Positions 56,849-64,000 of a DNA stretch of 64,000 nucleotides are shown in pieces; position 1 is the first letter of the stretch, and the number at the start of each line of letters is the position of its first letter. The notes under the pieces were generated by a model that saw only the letters and a list, made by a program, of their open reading frames with translations, ran no database searches and had not been told where the DNA came from. Where the stretch lies: NCBI GenBank assembly GCA_965208835.1, contig OZ242358.1, forward strand, positions 3,712,001 to 3,776,000, in the 5' to 3' direction. This stretch comes from Candidatus Latescibacterota bacterium. Its GTDB lineage: Bacteria; Latescibacterota; UBA2968; GCA-2709665. The position numbers and the translations under genes were made by a program.

Positions 56849-57451
56849 CTATCGTAGATACCAGGCTTTGTTTTCCTCTTTCCAGTCTTCGATTTTCTGC
56901 ATTGCGGTACCAACTGCGTCCTTTACCCCGCCCAACTTGCCTTCCGCGGTCTGAGCCTGGGCAAGGGCATCCATGAACATACCGTTTTCCAGGCTTCCCT
57001 TTGCGCTATTCAAGGACGCCTCGGCTTCCCCAAGGTCTGCATCGAGCTGGTCCAGATCTTCATCCGCCCCTTTTCCGCGGGGCGCCGCATTAAGCGCTTC
57101 ACGGGCTTCCGCCAGACCTGGAGAGGTCGAATCTATGATCGCCTGAGCGTCGTCGCGTGTTTTCGCCTTGTTGGTTTCCGCCTGTGTTACGGACTGGTTT
57201 GCGCGTTCCTCCGCTTCGATTGCGGCGGCTCTGGCCTCTTTATATTCGCCTTTTTCTGTTTTGTCCTTGGCATCCTGCAATGTATTCGTGGCTGAACGGA
57301 AAATCTCCTCGGCGTAGACATCGGCCTCGGCGGCCTTTGCTTTGCTGAGGGCGCCTTCCGCGGCTTTGATTTCTTCTTCGGGAGGTTGTTCGCAAGCCAC
57401 AAAGGCCGCGGCAAAACAAACAGCAAGGCCGATTCTCAGAACAGATCGCAT
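56849..57451 (-). CDS. Coiled-coil lipoprotein (DUF4398-like)
   Basis: Lipobox FVAC then PP.EE...A..A...A..A.A..YA; Ala/Glu-rich helical sequence; AGGAGG RBS. Confidence 0.75.
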   Translation of the reverse strand: MRSVLRIGLAVCFAAAFVACEQPPEEEIKAAEGALSKAKAAEADVYAEEIFRSATNTLQDAKDKTEKGEYKEARAAAIEAEERANQSVTQAETNKAKTRDDAQAIIDSTSPGLAEAREALNAAPRGKGADEDLDQLDADLGEAEASLNSAKGSLENGMFMDALAQAQTAEGKLGGVKDAVGTAMQKIEDWKEENKAWYLR

Positions 57452-57550
57452 CTCCCCTCCTTGGTTGATAAGACCTCGAACGTTGCCAACAAGTCAAACA
57501 GAAATAACCATTTCCGAAACAACCCACAGTAAATACATTTATACAGGAAG

Positions 57551-57579
57551 AAGATACATCCTAAGTTCAACAATGTCAA
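57551..57579 (-). promoter_or_regulatory. Sigma70-like promoter
   Basis: TTGACA-17 bp-TATCTT about 100 bp upstream of the lipoprotein gene. Confidence 0.6.
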
Positions 57580-57733
57580 GCGATTTCTCCACAAATTTCG
57601 CCACTGCGCACCGGGAAGACTCGATCCGGGCGGCGCCTGGAATGCCGACAACAAAGGGTGTAATAGAGAGAGATGGAACCCCCGGTACCCACGATGAATC
57701 CAGTCCCGCCAGACCGCGTCCGTGCCCCTCTCG

Positions 57734-57859
57734 CAGCCCGTTGAAAAAGCCCTTGCGGTCGAAATACTGCGTTGCGCTCCCCCGCCGAATCGCTGGACGG
57801 GACTCGGTCGCGCGCCTTGTCTTCGGCCTCGCCTGCATAGCGACTTTATCAACGGACTG
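57734..57859. mobile_element. Repeat family A, internally deleted copy (126 bp)
   Basis: Both terminal IRs kept; two internal segments lost. Confidence 0.75.
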
Positions 57860-58034
57860 TTTGCGGTTGCGAGCCCCTGGGGCAGACGGTATATTGGGGG
57901 CGCTCGGGAATCTACCGGCAGGTCGGTGTCGTGTGGCAGCCCGGGCCCGGAACAGAATTGACTCCCCGATCGGGGCTGCGACGTCGAAGTCCTCAGTTCC
58001 CGCCAACATCAGGATCACGGAATCGTAATCTTAC

Positions 58035-58194
58035 CAGCCCGTTGAAAAAGTCCATCCGGGCTACGGCCGGCCCTTGCGGTCGAAATACTGCGTTGCGCTC
58101 CCTCGCCGAATCGCTGGATGGGACTCGGTTGCGCGCCTTGTCTTCGGCCACAATGGCTCGGCCTCGCCTGCAGAGCGACTTTTCCAAAGGACTG
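58035..58194. mobile_element. Repeat family A, full copy
   Basis: 160 bp, flanked TA-C and T-TA. Confidence 0.85.
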
Positions 58195-58251
58195 TTACGG
58201 ACAACAGCAACACATCGACAGAAGACACTGCAGGAACAACAGGAGGAATCC

Positions 58252-58488
58252 ATGGGATTCGAAAACCAACTGGGTGTTGCAGCGCTCTCGGTACTGGGAA
58301 CATTGCTTCTCCGATGGATCGGGGTTCCCAAACGTTGGACGCCGGTGACGCCTCTGGTTCTGTCGATGCTGATCGTTGGGTTTTTCGGAGAACTTGAGAA
58401 ATTCAGCGACACACTGAGGATCGGTCTCGTCAGTGGGCTGTTCGCCAATGGATTCCTATTCCTTCTTCTTGGCACCCGGAATGGATGA
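58252..58488 (+). CDS. Small three-TM membrane protein, holin-like
   Basis: AGGAGG RBS; 78 aa; hydrophobic segments with 'PKRW.P...LVL' and 'GLVSGLFANG'. Confidence 0.5.
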   Translation: MGFENQLGVAALSVLGTLLLRWIGVPKRWTPVTPLVLSMLIVGFFGELEKFSDTLRIGLVSGLFANGFLFLLLGTRNG

Positions 58489-59625
58489 CCTTATTCGAAG
58501 ACGATTGAGGTCATCCAGTAGTTGCTTGGCGTCGAATACGACGGAATTCTTCGAAGTGCGTTTTTCCTTACGCACGTAGGCTTCGAGCGCTTCCCGGGCT
58601 TCTTCGTGGCGACCGTCTCGATAGCAGGCCAGCCCCAGGTAAAAGTAAGCGTCTGTCTGAAGCGAATCGGCCTCGACCGCGTTCCGAAGATGCGCAATAG
58701 AATTTTCATAATTGCGAATGTTGAAGTACGACACCCCCAGTTTCAGATAGACTGAAGCATCATCCGCCCCGGCAGCCGTCGCCTTTCGATAGGTGTCGGC
58801 GGCCGTTTCATAATCCCCCCGATTAAACGCCAGGTTGCCTAGACTTACGTAGGCCTCACCGTATTGCGGGTCGATCTCCAATGCCATCAGATAGGCGGCC
58901 CGTGCCTTCCCGAGTTTCCCTTCCTGTGCGTATGCCATTCCCAGATTTCTGTAGATGTAGCGGCGTTCCGCGGTGTCGGACTGAAACTGAAGCGCCTTTT
59001 CATAGATTTCAATGGCTTTGTCCGCCCGTCCCGTATATATATATGTAAGGCCCAGATTGAGATACGCGTCCGTAAATTTGTCGTTGAGTTTGACCGCACG
59101 TCTGTACTCCGCAACTGCCTGATCGGCGTATCCTTTATGGTAATAGGCCAGCCCCATCAGATTTCGCACGAAAGCCGACCCGGGTTTGAGTTCCAGCGCG
59201 GCTCTATATTGCGCCAGGGCCGAGTCATAATTCCCTTTGTGATAGTATGTTCTGCCCAGATCGACACGTGCATGAAAGATTCGGGGATTGGCTCTTGTCG
59301 ACCGTTTCAGGTATTCAAGTCGTTCATCGGGCCGTGTCAGCAGGCGCCCGTACAGGTAAAGGCCCACGGCCGACCCGGGTCTGGCCTGCAGGCGTCTCAG
59401 GTATTCGGAAAGCACCTCCCGTCGACGGTCCGCCTTTATCATCAAATCCTGGTAATGCATATTCGCCTGGATGTCCTTGGGCCGCACATTGATCAGGCGC
59501 CGGAAATGAGCCAGTTCAGCATCATTGCCTCCGACCTCTGCGCCATGGGTCGGGCTTCCGAACCATCCGATGCCAATGAGAATAACGAAGATCAGAGTGT
59601 TAGACACATGCGCCTCGGTAGACAA
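58456..59625 (-). CDS. Secreted TPR-repeat protein
   Basis: Multiple TPRs (LG..YY.KG.YD.A...Y..A..L.P); signal-like N-terminus. Confidence 0.88.
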   Translation of the reverse strand: MSTEAHVSNTLIFVILIGIGWFGSPTHGAEVGGNDAELAHFRRLINVRPKDIQANMHYQDLMIKADRRREVLSEYLRRLQARPGSAVGLYLYGRLLTRPDERLEYLKRSTRANPRIFHARVDLGRTYYHKGNYDSALAQYRAALELKPGSAFVRNLMGLAYYHKGYADQAVAEYRRAVKLNDKFTDAYLNLGLTYIYTGRADKAIEIYEKALQFQSDTAERRYIYRNLGMAYAQEGKLGKARAAYLMALEIDPQYGEAYVSLGNLAFNRGDYETAADTYRKATAAGADDASVYLKLGVSYFNIRNYENSIAHLRNAVEADSLQTDAYFYLGLACYRDGRHEEAREALEAYVRKEKRTSKNSVVFDAKQLLDDLNRLRIRSSIPGAKKKE

Positions 59626-59650
59626 CAGTCAAACGCAGGATATCGCCTGG

Positions 59651-59749
59651 CGGCCCGTTGAAAAAGCCCCTCCGGGCAACGGCCGGCCCCTGCGATCGAA
59701 ATACTGCGCTGCACCCCCTCGTCTGAAGAGCGATTCTTTCAACGGACTG
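59651..59749. mobile_element. Repeat family A, short variant (99 bp)
   Basis: CGGCCCGTTGAAAAAG...TCGAAATACTGCG...TTTCAACGGACTG. Confidence 0.7.
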
Positions 59750-59842
59750 TTGGACCTGATCCGCCGCATCCGGACTTCAACGACAATTCCGACCTGCGAC
59801 CCGTTTGCAACGCCGGTGACAGGTGTGGACCCGGCGGCCACG

Positions 59843-59881
59843 AAAAGGGGGTGATAGCATCGTCTCTATCGCCCCTCTTTT
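59843..59881. terminator. Bidirectional terminator-like hairpin
   Basis: AAAAGGGGGTGATAG...CTATCGCCCCTCTTTT. Confidence 0.6.
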
Positions 59882-60120
59882 CCTGCGATGGCTTGCGAGC
59901 CAAAATGCCATTCAGCAAGAAAGCAATTAACGAATGATGTCGAATCGCGTCAGCCGCGGCGGGGTAGACATTCAGATAAACCGGCGAATGCCCGCATTCC
60001 GGATGTCGAAGGGGTGTGAACTGACGGCACCAGTAGGGGAATCCTGCACTTTCGGACCGAACATCGCGGCTGCAGGAACCGCATTCTGGTTTTGGGCGGA
60101 ACGGAATCGCCGACGTGCAC

Positions 60121-60966
60121 CTATCTGTCTTTTTTCAGAAGGATATTCAAAGGTCGTTTGGGCTTGTAGAGATAGATGACGTCGGCAGGGTCCAGCATGG
60201 TATTGAATATGGCGATTTCGTCAATTTTGCCGGAATAGGCGTAATTGTTGAACCGGATGGCCAATTCATCCATGTTCCAGGAAATGTTGCGTCGGATATT
60301 CTTCTTCCGACCGATTTCCTCGCCGTCGACGAAGAGTGCGTATTCGGCATCGGAGTTTCCACTGTTGATATTGGACCAGGTGACCACAACGTGGTGCCAT
60401 TGGTCGGACTTCCAGTTGAGCCTGTCGTACCTGATCGTCCACTGCCTTACCAGTTCTTCCCCGACGTTTTGCGTCTTGTCGGGATAACAGCCGAAACGGA
60501 GTGCGCTCGGAGGACGATCCTTCCGGTTCTTGTCGAAGTCTACGAAAATGACCGCGTCGTCCCACTTCTTTCCGACGGAAAAGGGCTCGGGAAATTTCTC
60601 CTTGAAATCGTTGTTTGGATCTACGCTCAGCCAGAAAGAGACCCCGCCGGACCAGGAACTGCCGGCGTCGTAGGGAAAGTTGCCTTTAGCCTGATAACTC
60701 AGATAGGTTGCACCGTTCGCGAATGAAACGAAACCGTCCTCTTTGCCACCGGTAAACTCATGCCTGGGAGGGCTGCTCGTTTCCATTGCAGCGACCGTGC
60801 CCTTTTTCTTCGTAAATGCCTCGAAACGGGATCTGTCGTCAAAGTTGGCGAAAAAGAGTACGTTCGCGGCGAGCTTTTCCTCGATTTTCTTCTCGGGACC
60901 GCCGCAGAAAGAAAGACAAAGCGCGGCAGCCGGAATTGAGATCAGGCGGGGAGCGCACCGGGCCAT
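60121..60966 (-). CDS. LamG / concanavalin A-like domain lipoprotein
   Basis: Lipobox-like LSFC; G.VSFW, QWHHVVVTW, LFVDG, G.IDE.AIFN..L motifs. Confidence 0.78.
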   Translation of the reverse strand: MARCAPRLISIPAAALCLSFCGGPEKKIEEKLAANVLFFANFDDRSRFEAFTKKKGTVAAMETSSPPRHEFTGGKEDGFVSFANGATYLSYQAKGNFPYDAGSSWSGGVSFWLSVDPNNDFKEKFPEPFSVGKKWDDAVIFVDFDKNRKDRPPSALRFGCYPDKTQNVGEELVRQWTIRYDRLNWKSDQWHHVVVTWSNINSGNSDAEYALFVDGEEIGRKKNIRRNISWNMDELAIRFNNYAYSGKIDEIAIFNTMLDPADVIYLYKPKRPLNILLKKDR

Positions 60967-61152
60967 AAGGCACATCTCCTTTCGGGAGAGGGTAAGATCG
61001 ATGAACCCGTACAGCTTGCCGTATCAGCGGATCACCAATATAAAAAAAGCGTGTTCCGGCGCAAGGGTTTTTCTTGTTTGCGTAATTCGGATGCGATTGA
61101 CGGGAGGCGCGAAAACCAGAAAAATCAGATGATTAGAGCAACCGAAAATGCC

Positions 61153-61181
61153 TTGACAACAGTTTTCATATTTATTATATC
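61153..61181 (+). promoter_or_regulatory. Sigma70-like promoter
   Basis: TTGACA followed 17 bp later by TATATC in an AT-rich tract. Confidence 0.45.
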
Positions 61182-61393
61182 CAAATTTTGTGATTTGCCC
61201 GGAACGGCCGGTATTTCGAAGAGAACCATCGGTCACCGGCGGATGATTTCGACGACCATCCGCAACGTGTTTCATGCTGAGAACGCGCCGATGTGCCTGA
61301 ACGCGATTCAATCCCCGCCAGGCCCGCTATCGGGCTTTTTGCCATGGTTCGTCGATAGAGTCAAGACGCCCGAAACGTAGTCCTCGTTACCCT

Positions 61394-61555
61394 GAAGCTG
61401 TCTTAAAATTCCCAGCGGTCTTCGCGCGGCTGCAAAAGCGCCGGTCAGCGTTGGTCAAATCCACCCGTATAGACAAATATGGTCGGATTTTCCCGCCTTG
61501 ACCGCCACTTTTTCGCTCACGCTCGGGAACTCACCGGTAATTTTAAAACAGCTTC
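61394..61555. mobile_element. Repeat family B, copy 2
   Basis: Same IRs and arms as 56588-56773 with a different central loop. Confidence 0.8.
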
Positions 61556-61577
61556 TCTCAAGATTCAGGAGTTGAAA

Positions 61578-64000
61578 ATGCTGCGCAAACTAGGCGGCGT
61601 GATTCTCTGGCTGATCGCAATCTTTATGCTTTCGTCGGTTACCGTGTTCAACCCGGGACAGGTAACCGACTTTTTTGTTCGTGTGTTCAATATCAAGCCA
61701 AGTGTTCCGCAGTTGCGCGAGGAAAAACCCTCCCATAGAGACGAAAGCATTCAGGATTTCGCCGATCAGATCTCAGAGGAGCGTCTTCAGGAAACTGTAT
61801 CTGCTCTCACTGGATTGGGATCTCGCGTGCCGGGGTATCCGGGGCACAGGAAGGCATTTGAATACGTCAAGAGCCGTTTCCAGGCGCTGGGCCTGGACGA
61901 CATAACGGTCGAGGAACACCACGTTACGGTACCTATCGACAAGGGCGCGAAACTGGAGATCCTGGACTCCGGTGTGAAGATCCGGCTTTACGGACTCTGG
62001 CCCAATCATGTACAGACACCTTCCCTGCCGGAACAAGGCGTTACCGGCGCACTGATCGACGCGGGAGACGGCTCCTTCAAAGCGTTGAATTCGAAACCTG
62101 TGAAAAACAGCATTGCATTGATGCAGTTCGATTGCGGACAGAACTACCTCAATCCCCGCATGCTGGGTGCGCAGGCTGTCATCTTCTACGATAACGGCGG
62201 CGTGAGCAGAGGACAGGCACTGGAGAAAATCCTCCAGGTGCCGGTGGACGTGCCGAGGTTCTGGGTGAAAAGAGACGACGCGGTCCGTCTTGTTTCACTT
62301 GCGGAGTCCGGCACCGCGCTCGTGAACGTCACGTCGAGGATGGACTGGGAAAAGGTCCCCACGTGGAACATCTACGCCACACTGCCCGGCTCCGATGAAT
62401 ACGTTACTGAGCGTGAAGAACGGAAGTGGAAGGACGAGATGGTCGTCCTGAGTTCATTTTACGACGCCATTTCCGTCGTGCCTGCACTGGCCCCGGGCGC
62501 GGAGAACGCCACAGGGCTGGCTGCCCTTCTGGAAGTCGCGGCTGCGTTGAAAGACCAATCCTGGCTGGGCGCTTCCTCCCGACTGCCGCAGCTGCCGAGG
62601 TATACGGTAAAATTCCTGGTAACGGGCGCACATTTCCAGGGGTTGGCCGGCATCAATGATTTTCTGTTCAGGCATTCCAGGGAAAGCGACCACTTCCGGG
62701 AGAAAATTCCGGACGGACAGAAGATCGACTTCCGTCTCTACGTCGGGTTCGACCTGTCGAGTGAAACGGACCAGATCGCCAGTTTCTCCCACGGTACGTT
62801 CATCAACCCGAACTGGTCAACGAACAACTACGAAAACAACCTGCTTGCACCCTATGCCAAGAAGTTCAACAAATACCTTGCCAAAGTCTATCCCGGCGAG
62901 GAGCGCCACGTCGACGCCGTCGCGCCGCCGAAGCGAACCTGGAAGAACTACATGCCCATCCGTCTGGGATTCGACAGTGAAGCGGTCAAATTCGTCGGCA
63001 AGGAAGGAATTACGCTGGCCAGCCCTTCCACAACCCGCGAAAAGGTGGATACGCCCGCCGACCAGGTGGAATTCGTCAACTTCTCCAACCTGGCCCACCA
63101 GACACGTACAGCAACAGGCATGCTGCTGAAGGCGTTGGAAGATCCCGAATTCTTCCGGGTGTCCAAACTCAAGCTTCAGGACCTTGGTCACAGCATGAAG
63201 GGGCGAATTCTCTGGTTCGAACGGGATGCCGATTTCGCGATTCCGCGCGTACCGGTACCGGGGGCGATCGTCACCTACCAGCAGCCCGGTCCGGTTGCGA
63301 GCTGCGGCGGGGTCCGAACATTGATTGTGGATAAGACCACCCAGGGCCCCAGGTACATCAGTGATCGCTCCACGGGGCCTATGTTCGGAACCAAGGCGGA
63401 AGTCGAAGCCACAGGGCGGTTCCGCTTCGACATCATGCGTAACCGGTTTACAAATCAGATACTGGCATACGAAATCGACGATCGCGGCAGAATCACCTCG
63501 GCGCCGGACCTGGGCACGGAAGGGGAGGAAAAGTTCCCGACAAGGCAGGGCTATGGATGGTGGGAAAACGAGATGCTGGCGGTCCTTTTCAAGTGCCGGT
63601 CTCTCAGCGTGTTTGAAATCATCGATTCCAGTTACCTTTCCGCGCTCGATTTCATGACCGTGTTGAATGCGGGCGATTCCCAGCCGATGGAATACGGCTA
63701 TTATTACATTGAAAATCAGAGTATCAAGGAAGGCGATGTCACACGGGCAGCGGTGGCGTTTACGGCCATGAACCCCACTACCGACCGTCCCGACCCCATC
63801 AAGATTCTGATGAGTACAGGCCTTTTTGGCGTGAAATACCTGCTGACCAACGCACCTGAGGAGTTGCTGGAACAACCCGTGGACAAGTGGGATGTGGACG
63901 ATGAGTTGCTGGAGCGGTCCCGGGGCGCAGGATATCCGCCTGGCATAATCCTGTATCCTTCCTACAAGGCCGCCAAGGATATGTGGGTGGTCGACGATAT
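61578..64000 (+). CDS. Large membrane-anchored M28-peptidase-fold protein, 3'-truncated (probably the family fused to FtsX-like permease)
   Basis: Absent from the ORF track because it has no stop in the window. ATG after AGGAG; MLRKLGGVILWLIAIFML, GSRVPGYPG, SSFYDAISVVPALAPGAENATGLAALLE, FLVTGAHFQGLAG; frame checked at the start, middle and end (…AKDMWVVDD). Confidence 0.75.
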   Translation, partial: MLRKLGGVILWLIAIFMLSSVTVFNPGQVTDFFVRVFNIKPSVPQLREEKPSHRDESIQDFADQISEERLQETVSALTGLGSRVPGYPGHRKAFEYVKSRFQALGLDDITVEEHHVTVPIDKGAKLEILDSGVKIRLYGLWPNHVQTPSLPEQGVTGALIDAGDGSFKALNSKPVKNSIALMQFDCGQNYLNPRMLGAQAVIFYDNGGVSRGQALEKILQVPVDVPRFWVKRDDAVRLVSLAESGTALVNVTSRMDWEKVPTWNIYATLPGSDEYVTEREERKWKDEMVVLSSFYDAISVVPALAPGAENATGLAALLEVAAALKDQSWLGASSRLPQLPRYTVKFLVTGAHFQGLAGINDFLFRHSRESDHFREKIPDGQKIDFRLYVGFDLSSETDQIASFSHGTFINPNWSTNNYENNLLAPYAKKFNKYLAKVYPGEERHVDAVAPPKRTWKNYMPIRLGFDSEAVKFVGKEGITLASPSTTREKVDTPADQVEFVNFSNLAHQTRTATGMLLKALEDPEFFRVSKLKLQDLGHSMKGRILWFERDADFAIPRVPVPGAIVTYQQPGPVASCGGVRTLIVDKTTQGPRYISDRSTGPMFGTKAEVEATGRFRFDIMRNRFTNQILAYEIDDRGRITSAPDLGTEGEEKFPTRQGYGWWENEMLAVLFKCRSLSVFEIIDSSYLSALDFMTVLNAGDSQPMEYGYYYIENQSIKEGDVTRAAVAFTAMNPTTDRPDPIKILMSTGLFGVKYLLTNAPEELLEQPVDKWDVDDELLERSRGAGYPPGIILYPSYKAAKDMWVVDD

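Noticed and set aside
13020-59749. CRISPR array interpretation of the repeats
   Set aside because: The repeats are ~160 bp and dispersed, with no regular spacers and no cas genes
59750-60120. Possible tRNA or riboswitch in the intergenic gap
   Set aside because: No cloverleaf, T-loop or aptamer consensus recognised; only a terminator-like hairpin
62817-63875. 352-aa minus-strand ORF
   Set aside because: Antisense to the plus-strand M28-fold gene

Overview
GC-rich bacterial chromosomal window with about 40 protein genes. I recognised no rRNA, tRNA, CRISPR array, transposase or reverse transcriptase. Gene content points to an uncultured FCB-group diderm, probably Candidatus Latescibacterota or similar (inference from PorV-like barrels, a T9SS-type C-terminal sorting domain, GWxTD-like proteins, a DUF6785-type transporter, a dockerin/EF-hand-like repeat and several PhyH and heparinase II/III paralogues). 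Layout: (1-21.7 kb) catabolic genes including two heparinase II/III-like lyases, two PhyH dioxygenases, peptidases, oxidoreductases, CocE and a sulfatase. (21.7-45 kb) a long minus-strand block containing an OMP barrel, TonB-dependent receptor, CTD-bearing cargo protein and PorV-like barrel, followed by two GWxTD-like proteins and an aminotransferase/GGT/DUF6785 group. (45-64 kb) housekeeping and envelope genes: sucD, rpiA, a BamA-like fusion, era, a second PorV, an L,D-transpeptidase pair, TPR proteins and a degenerate M28-fold protein truncated by the window edge. Non-coding highlights: two MITE-like palindromic repeat families (7 copies plus 1 fragment, and 2 copies), heptamer purine/pyrimidine tracts, a candidate ~190-nt structured RNA at 16.7-16.9 kb, a promoter/21-aa peptide/terminator leader ahead of the TonB locus, and a sharp local G/C-skew switch inside the BamA-like gene. 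All product calls come from motif recognition by eye, not database searches.
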